NCBI GenBank assembly: GCA_028691435.1
Contig: JAQUZG010000001.1
Location: forward strand, 66,921 to 130,920
From: Candidatus Iainarchaeum sp.
Lineage (GTDB): Archaea; Iainarchaeota; Iainarchaeia; Iainarchaeales; JAAZKV01
Length of the DNA stretch: 64,000 nucleotides
Direction: 5' to 3'
Both the position numbers and the translations under genes were made by a program. Positions 46,038 to 56,190 of this stretch are shown here, in pieces. Numbering within the stretch: the stretch's first letter is position 1; every line of letters starts with the position of its first letter. A model generated the notes under the pieces. That model searched no databases. It was given only the letters and a program-made list of their open reading frames with translations, and was not told the DNA's origin.

Positions 46038-47567
46038 ATGGTAAATTATTCTAAAAAAGTTGAGGAAATACTTCATTTATCTGACTCTGTTGAAATAGAT
46101 CAAATAAAAGCACTTAGTGAAATTGAAAGAGCACTTTTAATCAATTTAACAGAAAAATTTATTGATTTAGATGATGCTGCTAATTTATCAAAGTTACCTA
46201 TTGATTCAGCAAGAAGAGCAAGTGCTTGGTTAGCTGAAAAAAAATATATGAATTTAAAAGAAAATGACAAAGAAACTTTTTTATTAACTTTAGAAGGAAA
46301 AAAAATTGTAAAAAATGATTTTGCAGAAAATATTATGATTAAATATTTAGAAGAAAATGGCGATTCATCTTTTAACCAATTACAATCAAATGCAAATTTA
46401 ACTAATCAAGAATTTACTGTTGCACTGGGAATAAACAAAAAGAAAGCATTTATTTCAATTTCTAATGGAATTATTTCTCTAACAGGTGTGCATAAAGAAA
46501 TTAAGCAAACAATTTCAAAAGAATTATTATCTCTTCTAACTTCAAAATCAAATCTAACTGATGAAGAAAAACAATTAGTTAATGAATTTTTAAAAAGAGG
46601 ATTAATTGAAAAAAAAATAATTTCTTCAAAAGAAATTTCATTAACTAAAAATGGTTTAGTTGCTAAAGAATTTTTATTAAAAAATAAAGTTGAGCGAGTT
46701 TATGATTTAGAAGGAGAAGTTCCAAGAATTTTTATGGGAAAAAAAGCGCCTTATTTACAGTTCCTTTCTCAAATTCGTTCAAAACTTGTTGCGCTTGGAT
46801 TTAATGAAATGCCTACTCCATTAGTAGTTTCAGAATTTTATAATTTCGATGTATTATTTCAACCTCAAAATCATCCAGCACGAACTTGGTCAGATACTTA
46901 TCAATTGACTAGACCAACTGTTTCAAAACTACCTGACAAAAAAATTATTGATTCAATTAGGGCTGCTCATGAAAATGGTGGAAAAGCAAATAGTAAAGGT
47001 TGGGGATATAAGTGGGATGAAAACATAGCAAAAAAATTAATGCCTGCTGCACAAGGTACTGCACATTCTGCAAAAACAATGATTAATGACAAAGAAATGC
47101 CAAAAAAACATTTTGCAATTGCAAGGGTGTTTAGGCCCGATGTTTTAGATGCAACACACTTAATTGAATTTAATCAAATGGAAGGGTATATAGTTGGTCA
47201 AGATTTAAATTTTAGAAATCTTCTTGGTATGCTTAAAGAATTTGCAATAGAAATTGCAGGTGCAGAGAAAGTAAAATTTTTTCCAGACTATTATCCATTC
47301 ACAGAACCAAGTGTACAACTAAGTGCAAAACACCCTGATTTAGGTTGGGTGGAATTAGGTGGAGCTGGAATGTTTAGGCCAGAAATATTAAAAAACATTG
47401 GAATTGATGGTCAAGCAATTGCTTGGGGATTTGGAATTGATAGACTTGCAATGTTTAAACTTGGAATAAAAGATATTAGATATTTATTTGCAGAAGATTT
47501 AGGCTACTTAAGAAAAGCCCCTGCTGTTATGCTTGATGATGTGAGGTCTTATTTATGCCAACACTAA
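46038..47567 (+). CDS. pheS: Phenylalanyl-tRNA synthetase alpha subunit (archaeal type)
   Basis: Class II catalytic core (FRPDVLDATHLIEFNQMEG, GAGMFRPEIL, GFGIDRLAM) with N-terminal wH extensions. Confidence 0.85.
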   Translation: MVNYSKKVEEILHLSDSVEIDQIKALSEIERALLINLTEKFIDLDDAANLSKLPIDSARRASAWLAEKKYMNLKENDKETFLLTLEGKKIVKNDFAENIMIKYLEENGDSSFNQLQSNANLTNQEFTVALGINKKKAFISISNGIISLTGVHKEIKQTISKELLSLLTSKSNLTDEEKQLVNEFLKRGLIEKKIISSKEISLTKNGLVAKEFLLKNKVERVYDLEGEVPRIFMGKKAPYLQFLSQIRSKLVALGFNEMPTPLVVSEFYNFDVLFQPQNHPARTWSDTYQLTRPTVSKLPDKKIIDSIRAAHENGGKANSKGWGYKWDENIAKKLMPAAQGTAHSAKTMINDKEMPKKHFAIARVFRPDVLDATHLIEFNQMEGYIVGQDLNFRNLLGMLKEFAIEIAGAEKVKFFPDYYPFTEPSVQLSAKHPDLGWVELGGAGMFRPEILKNIGIDGQAIAWGFGIDRLAMFKLGIKDIRYLFAEDLGYLRKAPAVMLDDVRSYLCQH

Positions 47568-49216
47568 CTTTATCAAAATCAGATTTTGACAAATTACTTG
47601 GAAAAAAAACAAATCGTGATGAACTTGAAGAATTACTTGAATATGTAAAAGGTGAAATTGATTCATTAAATCAAGATGAATTAAAAGTTGATTGTAAAGA
47701 AACAAATCGACCAGATTTATGGTCAACAGAAGGAATAATTAGAGAATTAAAAGCTAGAACTGGTAAAGAAAAAGGAATAAAAAAATATGCTGTAGAAAAA
47801 GGTGACATAAAAATTTATGTTGATAAAAATTTAGAAAAAGTTCGACCAAAAAGTGTTTGTGCAGTAGTAAAAGGAATAAAAATTACTGAAGAACTTTTAA
47901 TTCAATTAATTCAAATTCAAGAAAAAGTTTGTGAAGGATTTGGAAGAAAAAGAAAAGAAGCTGCAATGGGATTATATGATTTAGATGTAATGACTCCCCC
48001 ACTTTATTATAAAGGATTTAAAGATAATGAAATTGAATTTGTTCCTCTTGATTATAAAGTTGCAATGCGACCAAGCGAAATTTTATTACAACACGATAAA
48101 GGAAAAGCATATGCTCACTTACTAAAAGATGTGCCAGTATACCCAATAATTATTGATTCAAAAAATGTTGTTGCTTCAATGCCGCCAATAATTAACTCAA
48201 ATATCACTGGAAAAGTTAGTGAAAAAACAAAAAATCTTTTTATTGAAGTAACTGGTTCAAAACAAGACTCAATTGAAACAGCACTTGAAGTTATGTGTAT
48301 GGCATTAGCTGACAGAGGTGGAAAAATTTATTCTTGTGAAGTAATATATGAAAAAGAAACAATTATTTCACCAAAATTTTTAACAAATAAAATAACTTTA
48401 ACAAAATCAGAAATTGAAAAAGTTACAGGTTTAAAATTATCAAATGATGAAATAAAAGACTTGTTAGAAAAAGCAAGGTATGATGTGCAAGTAAAAGGTT
48501 ATGATTTTATTTGTGAATATCCAGCATATAGATTAGATATTTTTCAAGCAGTTGATGTTATTGAAGATCTATTAATTTCTTATGGTTTTAATAAAATAGA
48601 ACCTCAAAAAATAGTAATGAATGTAGTTGGTAGTGAAAGAGCAGATAAAAAATATGAAGAATTTGTTAGAGCAGCATGTGTTGGTTTAGGACTACAAGAA
48701 ATCCAAACTTTTAATTTAACTTCAAAAGAAATACAATGCGAAAAAATGAATTTACCAAATGAAATTGATTCATTTGTTGAAATTTCTAATCCAGTTTCAA
48801 TAAATTATCAAATTATGCGAAAGCGATTATCTCCATCGTTACTTTCATTTTTATCAAAAAATAAAAATCAAGAATTTCCACAAAATATTTTTGAAGTTGG
48901 GAATTGTTTAGAATTAAACGAAAAAGCGGAAAATGGAGTTAATCAAAAAACAAATTTATGTGTTGCATTGACTCATTCAAATGTAAATTTCACAGAAATA
49001 AAGTCAATTTTTGTTACACTTTGTGAATATCTTGATTTAAAATACAATTTTGAAAAAATAACTGAAAAAGAAAAATCAAATTATTCATTCTTAGGTCAAA
49101 ATTCAATAAAAATCAAAGTAAATGGGAAAACTGGGTATATGGGGGAAATTGATAAAAAAGTTGAAGAAAATTTTGGATTAAAAAAACCAGTTTATTTGTT
49201 TGAATTTGAACTTTAA
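47555..49216 (+). CDS. pheT: Phenylalanyl-tRNA synthetase beta subunit (archaeal type)
   Basis: B3/B4 and B5 domain layout. Overlaps pheS by 13 nt. 553 aa. Confidence 0.8.
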   Translation: MPTLTLSKSDFDKLLGKKTNRDELEELLEYVKGEIDSLNQDELKVDCKETNRPDLWSTEGIIRELKARTGKEKGIKKYAVEKGDIKIYVDKNLEKVRPKSVCAVVKGIKITEELLIQLIQIQEKVCEGFGRKRKEAAMGLYDLDVMTPPLYYKGFKDNEIEFVPLDYKVAMRPSEILLQHDKGKAYAHLLKDVPVYPIIIDSKNVVASMPPIINSNITGKVSEKTKNLFIEVTGSKQDSIETALEVMCMALADRGGKIYSCEVIYEKETIISPKFLTNKITLTKSEIEKVTGLKLSNDEIKDLLEKARYDVQVKGYDFICEYPAYRLDIFQAVDVIEDLLISYGFNKIEPQKIVMNVVGSERADKKYEEFVRAACVGLGLQEIQTFNLTSKEIQCEKMNLPNEIDSFVEISNPVSINYQIMRKRLSPSLLSFLSKNKNQEFPQNIFEVGNCLELNEKAENGVNQKTNLCVALTHSNVNFTEIKSIFVTLCEYLDLKYNFEKITEKEKSNYSFLGQNSIKIKVNGKTGYMGEIDKKVEENFGLKKPVYLFEFEL

Positions 49217-49266
49217 TTCAAAAATCAACCATTACTCCTTTTATTCTTTTTCTATTTAATTTTATT

Positions 49267-50337
49267 ATGGTAAATTTATTTGAAAAAAAAGAAATTAATT
49301 CAATTTTAAAAGATGAACGATTTCTTTATCCTGAATATATTCCCGAAAAACTTTCTTTTAGAGAAAGTGAAATTGATGAAATAGTTTTTTGCCTTAAACC
49401 CGCAACAGTTGGAAAAAAACCAACCAATTTATTTGTTTGTGGTGTCCCAGGAACAGGGAAAACAGTTTCTTCAAAATTTATTTTAAACGAATTAACTGAA
49501 TTTTCAGATAGAATTAATTGTATGTATATTAATTGCTTTGAAACAAATTCAAAATATTCAATTTTAGCAAAAGCAACTAATCATTTTGGTTATGCTGTTC
49601 CAATTAGAGGGATGAGTAGTGATGAAATTTTTGAAAGATTTGTAGCAGTAATAAAATCAAAAAAAATTATTCCAATTTTTGTTTTTGATGAAGCAGAACA
49701 GTTATTAAAAGATGAATCCTCAAAAGAATTACTCTATGATTTATCGAGATTAAATGAAAAATTTGGAATTATTGCAGGGTTAGTTTTTATTTCAAATGAC
49801 AATATGTTTGTTTCATTACTTGATGATAGAGTAAGAAGTTCACTTAATCCATCCAAAATACTTTTTGAAAAGTACACAAGTCTTGAATTAAAAGAAATTT
49901 TAAAAGAGCGAAGTAAATTTGCTTTTTTTGATAATGTAATTGATGATGAAGTTATTCCACTTTGCGCAGCTCATGCATCAAAAACTGGGGATGCAAGACT
50001 TGCAATAGGAGTTTTACTTAAAGCTGCTCGTTTAGCAGAAAAAGAAAATTCAAAAAAGATTTTGATCAAACATGTTAGAGCATCATTTTTAGAAGAAAAA
50101 CCACAAAAAATAGAAATAATTGAAAATTTATCCAATCAAGAAAAATTAATTATTGATTTGTTGAAAAAAAATAAAACTGGATTAACATCTGGAGAAATTT
50201 ATGAAAAATTATCCAATGATTTTGCAGAACGAACACTTAGAACCGCACTTTCTAATCTAAATGAAAAAAATATTATTTTTGCAGAAAAATTACAAAAAGG
50301 AAAAGGATTTACTAGATTAATTAAAATTAAACAATAA
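49267..50337 (+). CDS. cdc6: Orc1/Cdc6 replication initiator
   Basis: AAA+ Walker A LFVCGVPGTGKTVSS, Walker B IFVFDEAEQL and a C-terminal winged helix. Confidence 0.85.
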   Translation: MVNLFEKKEINSILKDERFLYPEYIPEKLSFRESEIDEIVFCLKPATVGKKPTNLFVCGVPGTGKTVSSKFILNELTEFSDRINCMYINCFETNSKYSILAKATNHFGYAVPIRGMSSDEIFERFVAVIKSKKIIPIFVFDEAEQLLKDESSKELLYDLSRLNEKFGIIAGLVFISNDNMFVSLLDDRVRSSLNPSKILFEKYTSLELKEILKERSKFAFFDNVIDDEVIPLCAAHASKTGDARLAIGVLLKAARLAEKENSKKILIKHVRASFLEEKPQKIEIIENLSNQEKLIIDLLKKNKTGLTSGEIYEKLSNDFAERTLRTALSNLNEKNIIFAEKLQKGKGFTRLIKIKQ

Positions 50338-50485
50338 AATTGTTAATTTTTTAATTTATGATTATTGTTTACTTTTTTAAAAATTCTATTTAATTCTTAT
50401 TTTCTAGTTTTTAATTTAAACCATACTTTTTTATATTATTTTTAGTATATTATATGTAGAGATTAGTTATCTGTTGGTGGTAAAA

Positions 50486-51703
50486 ATGGCTGAAAATGCA
50501 AATGTAAAAAATATTAAAAAGGTAAATAAAGATGTTAAACAAGTAAAAAAATCTAGTGTTTTAGTTAAAAAACAAGTTTCATCTAATGCTAAATCAGTAA
50601 AAAAAGCATTATCTCATAACAAAAAGCAAGATGAGGAAATAGAAAAATTAAAAGCAGACTTACAAAAATTAAAATCTACTGACAAAAAGAAAGTAAATTC
50701 AAAACGAATTTCAGAATATAATCTTTTTATTAGACGACAAATTAATTCAGGGATGTCTTTTGAAAAAGCAGTTGCCCAATGGAATAAATATAAATCTCTT
50801 GAAGATAAAACTGGTAGAAGACCATCTGCATATAATCAATTCATTGGTTCTCAAATGAGACTTGGAAAAACTATGGAAGAATCAATTGTACTTTGGAAAT
50901 TAGCTAAAGAAGGAAAACTTGGTAAAAAAGGTTCAACAAGAACTATTACAAAAACAGTTATAAAAAAAGTTCCAACCGTAAAAAAAGTATTGACTCCTCC
51001 AAAAATTCAAACAAGAACGGTAACAAAAGTTGTTGAAAAAGAACCATCTTTTGATTATTCAAAAATAAAAAATATTGTTCAATCATCAGTTGATGATATT
51101 CAATCATCAATGCGATCATCAATTTCATCAATGGATATTTCAGTTAAATCACATTTAAAATCAGTTAATTTAATTGATGATGAAAATGTAGCAATTAATT
51201 TAGTTCAAACTTATTTTAAAGAAATTGCTAGACTTGGATTTAAAAGACAATTAACTCTTGATGAAATAATTAATCATTATTTTTATGCATTAGTTAAAGT
51301 AAGGTTGGTAAGTGAATCTAAAACTAGTATGATGACTGATGAAGAAGTTTCATTAAGATTAGTGCAATTATACTGTGCAGAAATCCCAAGACTTGGATTT
51401 AAACGAAAACTTGATTTAGATCAAATTGTTGAAATTTATTTTTACGTTTTAAATAAACTTAAAAATAAAGAAGAATTAATTAAAAAAATAAAAACAGCTT
51501 CAAATATTTCTCAATCAAATAGTCAAGATTCATCAAAGCAAGATTCTAATGAAAAACAATCAAATCAAAATATTGATTTAACAGTAACTGCAAAAGTAAC
51601 TGCTCCAAAAGAAATGGATTCTCAATCTAACCAAAATGCGCCAATTATTAAAAAAGAAAAAACTATTGCTGAAATTCTTGAAGAATCAAGTGATATTGAA
51701 TAG
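50486..51703 (+). CDS. Lys-rich repeat protein with two YABBY/HMG-like motifs and two ~50-aa tandem repeats (putative DNA-binding)
   Basis: Repeat pair 1: KRISEYNLFIRRQINSGMSFEKAVAQWNK and RRPSAYNQFIGSQMRLGKTMEESIVLWKL, compared with YABBY RVPSAYNRFIKEEIQRIK...AAKNW. Repeat pair 2: LVQTYFKEIARLGFKRQLTLDEIINHYFYAL and LVQLYCAEIPRLGFKRKLDLDQIVEIYFYVL. ATG 50486 is preferred over TTG 50474. Confidence 0.5.
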   Translation: MAENANVKNIKKVNKDVKQVKKSSVLVKKQVSSNAKSVKKALSHNKKQDEEIEKLKADLQKLKSTDKKKVNSKRISEYNLFIRRQINSGMSFEKAVAQWNKYKSLEDKTGRRPSAYNQFIGSQMRLGKTMEESIVLWKLAKEGKLGKKGSTRTITKTVIKKVPTVKKVLTPPKIQTRTVTKVVEKEPSFDYSKIKNIVQSSVDDIQSSMRSSISSMDISVKSHLKSVNLIDDENVAINLVQTYFKEIARLGFKRQLTLDEIINHYFYALVKVRLVSESKTSMMTDEEVSLRLVQLYCAEIPRLGFKRKLDLDQIVEIYFYVLNKLKNKEELIKKIKTASNISQSNSQDSSKQDSNEKQSNQNIDLTVTAKVTAPKEMDSQSNQNAPIIKKEKTIAEILEESSDIE

Positions 51704-51893
51704 TTATAATAAATCTTTGTGTCTAAAAAACACATTGATTTTTTCATAAATTAATTTTTTTTATTAAAATATTTTTCTATTTCTGTAATTTCTTTTTCTC
51801 TTTGTTTTAGTCCAAATTTAAATAATACAAAAATCATAACTAAACAAAAAATAGTTAAAACAATTAAAAAAATATCACTATAATTCATATTAT

Positions 51894-52610
51894 TCACCTG
51901 AAATTTAATTTTTTACCACTGTCTAAAATTATTGGTTTTGTATTAAGTACACTTTCTTCAATTCTTTTTTTAAAATCTTTTGGATCAATTTTTGTTGTTA
52001 CATTAAACATATCATATTGCATAGGAATAACTGTTTGTGGTTTTAGTATTTTTGTTACCCTAACAGCATCAATAACATCCATTGTAGTAACACTTATTGG
52101 TAATAATGCAATATCTGCATCAACTGCTGGAAATGAATCAATCAATTTAGTTATTCCAGCATGATAAATTTTTTTATTATCCATTTCTACTACATATCCA
52201 GTAGTACAAAAACATTTTGGCGAATGTGCGATAATTGGTTTTATTTTAACATTTTTTAATTGAATTTCTTTATTTGGAATAAGTGATTTTTTTAAGTTTC
52301 TTGGAATATCAATACTATTCAAAATATAATCATTAGCTATTACTGTTGCATCATTTCTTATTGAAATTTCTTTTATTGCATCTTTATCAAAGTGTTCTTC
52401 CGTTTCATTAGTTATTAAAATTAATGAAATTTTTTTTAAATCTTCTTTCTTTACTGGAATATTTTTTTCACGTTTATAATTTGTTTTAGTTTCATTAAAA
52501 ATGGGATCAATTAATATTGATTCTTTGTTATGATTTATCTTAAAAAAAGAATGACCAAAATATTGAAGCTCAACCATATATACATTAAGTATGCAACTCC
52601 ATTTAAACAT
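51894..52610 (-). CDS. Metallo-beta-lactamase-fold hydrolase (UPF0173-like)
   Basis: MBL-fold layout. The canonical HxHxDH box is not well preserved. Confidence 0.45.
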   Translation of the reverse strand: MFKWSCILNVYMVELQYFGHSFFKINHNKESILIDPIFNETKTNYKREKNIPVKKEDLKKISLILITNETEEHFDKDAIKEISIRNDATVIANDYILNSIDIPRNLKKSLIPNKEIQLKNVKIKPIIAHSPKCFCTTGYVVEMDNKKIYHAGITKLIDSFPAVDADIALLPISVTTMDVIDAVRVTKILKPQTVIPMQYDMFNVTTKIDPKDFKKRIEESVLNTKPIILDSGKKLNFR

Positions 52611-52686
52611 ATCATTAAATTTTATAAAAATTTTCTTTTTTTGCTCATTAATAAAATTTAATAATACTTTTATACATTATTTTGTT

Positions 52687-53472
52687 ATGAATTTTAGAAA
52701 ATTAATTTTACTATTTTTATTTTTCGTTTTTGTAAGTGCTGTTTACTCGGCAAGTTTATCACAACCAGCATATTCTATTTATCAACATGACATTGAAATT
52801 GATATTGATATTGATGGGAATTCAGTAGTTGTTGAAAAATTTTACTTGTCTTTTCAAAATGAAAATGATAAATTAAATTTTAGAAAAAAAAGTGATGAAC
52901 TTGGAACAGATTTTCAAAATTGGATTGAGTTTAATCCAGTTTTTACTTATAGCATAGGAAATAAAGATTTAGTTGAAAAAACAATTGTTGAATATTCTGA
53001 TGGTGTTCAAAATTATATTAAGTTAACTTATGCTTTGACTGAACAAATTGTTTTTGAGTCAAAAGAATCAACTTTTATGAAAGAACTTGTATTAAAAACA
53101 AAATATTTTGATTATTTTTATGATGGTAGTTGGGTAATTCCTGATAATACAATGGTGGCGATAATTTTACCTGCGGGGGCAGAAGTTGGTGAAAATATTG
53201 AACCAAGTGCTGACATTTCTTCAGTTGGACAAAGAAAAAAAATAATTTGGAACGGGTATAAAACATCAAATAAATTAAGTTTGTCGTATGTTACTTGGAA
53301 AAAAATTACTCCTGTAATTGATTTAACTGAATTAATTAATTTTTTAACAGGGACAACAACAGGCATAATAATTATTTTTGTTTCTTCAGTTGTTCTTGCA
53401 ATAATTTTAATTAAAAGAAAATTAATAATTAATGTAATAGAAGATTTTGTTGAAGATAATTCAAAATTTTAA
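52687..53472 (+). CDS. Secreted protein with C-terminal TM anchor
   Basis: Signal peptide MNFRKLILLFLFFVFVSAVYSAS and C-terminal TM GIIIIFVSSVVLAIILIKRK. The track ORF starts at 52591, but the signal peptide begins at ATG 52687. Confidence 0.5.
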   Translation: MNFRKLILLFLFFVFVSAVYSASLSQPAYSIYQHDIEIDIDIDGNSVVVEKFYLSFQNENDKLNFRKKSDELGTDFQNWIEFNPVFTYSIGNKDLVEKTIVEYSDGVQNYIKLTYALTEQIVFESKESTFMKELVLKTKYFDYFYDGSWVIPDNTMVAIILPAGAEVGENIEPSADISSVGQRKKIIWNGYKTSNKLSLSYVTWKKITPVIDLTELINFLTGTTTGIIIIFVSSVVLAIILIKRKLIINVIEDFVEDNSKF

Positions 53473-53477
53473 TTTTT

Positions 53478-54782
53478 TTAAAATAAAGTTGTTTGTTTGT
53501 GTTTTGACATTTTTTCAATTATTATTTGTTCTTTTTTTTCTTTTGCATCTTTAAACAAAATTTCTACTTTTTTTGTGTCTTTTTTTGTATTGAGTAAATA
53601 TGCCATTTCTTCTTCGCTAAATTCGAAATAATTTATATAATCGCTCATTTTTTCTTTTTCTGTTAAATATAATTCAATTAATGGTAAATCTTTGATTGCT
53701 TGTTTTTCGCTACAATGTGTTTTTTTTGAAATTTTTTTTGCGATTTCTTTTTTTACTTTTCGTTTAGCTGAATTAGTTGATAAACTTGAAATTAATGATG
53801 GAAATTGAAAAGGTCTCCATCCAGAATAAACTTTTTCTTTTGATAATCCAACTCCCACAGTTGATAAAAAATAAACATATTTTAAAAATCCATAATGTTG
53901 TCTTTTATAAATTCGCCCATTATAAATGTCACTTTTACTAAAATATTCATAAGCTTTAGCGATATCTTCTCCTTCATATTGTCTTGGAATATTTTCATCT
54001 ACCCAAGATAATAATAAATCACTTGATGTTTCAGAATTATTTATTGCTTCATTTATTTCTTTTATTGTTTTTCCTTTAAATATTTTAGTCATTATAGAAA
54101 AAATTTTTTCTTTTTTAGACCGAGCAAATAATCCTTCAATATCTTTTGTAGTAACATTTTTCCCAAGTGATTGTAAATCAAGTAATGCTCCCCTAAAATC
54201 ACCCTCACTATTTTTTCCAAGTAACTTTAATGAATCTTCTTCAAATTCAATATTTTCAATAGTTGCAATTTCTTTAAGTTTTTTTGCAATCGACAAATAA
54301 TTTATTTTTTTAAATTCAATTAGTTCTGCTAAACTTCTTAAAGGAACTAATTTTTTATCAGAATAAACTTCATTAGCTGTTAAAATTATTGGATTATTAG
54401 AATTTTTTATTATTGTCATTATTGCACTTGCTCCACCCCTATCTTGTGCTTGTAATCCATCTATTTCATCAATTAAAATTAGCCTTTTTTTAGAAAATAA
54501 TGTTGAATTTTGACTAGCAACACCCATTATTTTTTCAATATTCTCTTTATCTCTTAAATCTGAAGAGTTCATTTCAAATATTTGCCAATCATTTTTTTTT
54601 GCGATTAAATAAGCTAAGGTAGTTTTTCCATTTCCGCTATTTCCATAAAAAAGTAAGGGTTTTTGTTTAATTCCACTTTCCCATTTTTCAGCCCAATTTA
54701 AAGCATTTTCTACAATTTCCGAATTTCCAATAAATTCTTCAATAGTTTTTGGAAAATATTTATCAGTAAATAATTGACTCAT
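53478..54782 (-). CDS. rfcL: Replication factor C large subunit
   Basis: DKYFPKTIEEFIGN...LLFYGNSGNGKTTLAYLIAK, Walker B LILIDEIDGL and the RFC-large C-terminal region. Confidence 0.8.
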   Translation of the reverse strand: MSQLFTDKYFPKTIEEFIGNSEIVENALNWAEKWESGIKQKPLLFYGNSGNGKTTLAYLIAKKNDWQIFEMNSSDLRDKENIEKIMGVASQNSTLFSKKRLILIDEIDGLQAQDRGGASAIMTIIKNSNNPIILTANEVYSDKKLVPLRSLAELIEFKKINYLSIAKKLKEIATIENIEFEEDSLKLLGKNSEGDFRGALLDLQSLGKNVTTKDIEGLFARSKKEKIFSIMTKIFKGKTIKEINEAINNSETSSDLLLSWVDENIPRQYEGEDIAKAYEYFSKSDIYNGRIYKRQHYGFLKYVYFLSTVGVGLSKEKVYSGWRPFQFPSLISSLSTNSAKRKVKKEIAKKISKKTHCSEKQAIKDLPLIELYLTEKEKMSDYINYFEFSEEEMAYLLNTKKDTKKVEILFKDAKEKKEQIIIEKMSKHKQTTLF

Positions 54783-54841
54783 ATATAATTAGTTAAACCA
54801 AATAATTAAAATATAATCCGCGGGGCATATTGTGCTTTAAA

Positions 54842-56059
54842 TTATCTTTTATTAAACACAATTTCAATTACATCTCCATATTCAAGAACATAATCTTTTC
54901 CAATAATTTGTTTTGTTTTAACATTTATTGCTTTAATAAAATTATCTCCAATATCACTATGTAAATAATATGCAAAATCTAATGCTGTGCTTCCACGTTT
55001 CATTAAAAAACAATCTGGGATATATCTTCCTTCTTTATCTTGTAATCCTTTTGTTCCTCCAGGGAATATTGGGATATAATTTAATACATTAAGTACTGTT
55101 TCATCTAAACATTTTTGTATGCCTGTTCCATTAAATTTTTTTAATACTGTTTTATCAATAACTTCAAGTCCTTCTTTTTGTTTTTCATTTAATTCGCCAA
55201 TAATTTCAAATTTATCTTGGCCTGGATAATATTTTAATATTCCAGCTTTTGCCGCTTTTCTTAAAGATAATTCACTTGCTGCAGAACAAGGTATAATTGT
55301 AAGATTATTGAATCTTTCTTTCATTTTTTTAATATTTTCTTCTGATGTTGGCATATCACATTTGTTTGCTGCAATAATTATTGGTTTACTTAATTCTCGA
55401 CATTTTTTTGCAAATTTTGTTTTGTCTTCAATAGTCCAATCAGAAAACATTTTTTCATCTATTTTTAAATCTCTTAATGCTTTTTCAATATGGTGTGTTA
55501 AAATTTTAATTCCTGATAAATGTTGTGAAAGAATTATGACTTTTTTCTTAAAATCTTTTTCTGCAACTTTTCCAAATTTTGCCCAATTATTTTCAATAAT
55601 TTTTAAAAACCAAAGTTCTATTTCTCGTTCTAAAAATTCAACATCTTTGCAAGGGTCGTGACTTCCAGGCGCAACCATATTCCCTTCTTCATTTGTACTC
55701 CCAGATGCATCAACTACATGTATCAAAGCATCTGCTTGACTTAAATCGTTTAAAAATTTATTTCCAAGGCCTTTTCCTTCATTTGCACCAGGCACAAGTC
55801 CAGCAACATCAATTAATTCAATTGGAACATATCTAATTGGATTATTATTTTCATTAAGTAAAAAACCACTTCTTGGATTACTAATTACTCCAAAATATTT
55901 TCCAGCATCTTCTACTCTAATAAATGCCGTTCCTTTGTTAGGTTCAATTGTGGTAAATGGGTAAGAAGCAATTCCAACATCCATCAAAGTTGCAGCTGAA
56001 AACAAAGTACTCTTACCACAAGATGGTTTTCCAACTATACCTATCTGCATATTTATCAA
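54842..56059 (-). CDS. Obg-like ATPase/GTPase (YchF/OLA1 family)
   Basis: MQIGIVGKPSCGKSTLFSAAT...ASYPFTTIEPNKG matches the YchF N-terminus. G-domain plus C-terminal TGS-like domain. Confidence 0.7.
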   Translation of the reverse strand: MINMQIGIVGKPSCGKSTLFSAATLMDVGIASYPFTTIEPNKGTAFIRVEDAGKYFGVISNPRSGFLLNENNNPIRYVPIELIDVAGLVPGANEGKGLGNKFLNDLSQADALIHVVDASGSTNEEGNMVAPGSHDPCKDVEFLEREIELWFLKIIENNWAKFGKVAEKDFKKKVIILSQHLSGIKILTHHIEKALRDLKIDEKMFSDWTIEDKTKFAKKCRELSKPIIIAANKCDMPTSEENIKKMKERFNNLTIIPCSAASELSLRKAAKAGILKYYPGQDKFEIIGELNEKQKEGLEVIDKTVLKKFNGTGIQKCLDETVLNVLNYIPIFPGGTKGLQDKEGRYIPDCFLMKRGSTALDFAYYLHSDIGDNFIKAINVKTKQIIGKDYVLEYGDVIEIVFNKR

Positions 56060-56190
56060 ATAATTTAAATTTACAAATATTTTTAATAGCTAGTTTTGAG
56101 TTTATTAACTTGTTATTTTTTATTTTATTTAAGTTTAATAATTTTATGATTTATAGAAATAATTATATTCTCTAAAATTATTAATTTATT

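Noticed and set aside
49217-50485. Looked for ORB/mini-ORB origin repeats and a DUE next to orc1/cdc6
   Set aside because: The spacers are short (50 and about 150 nt), and I could find no inverted ttcca..ggaaa-type repeats. Reported only as an absence.
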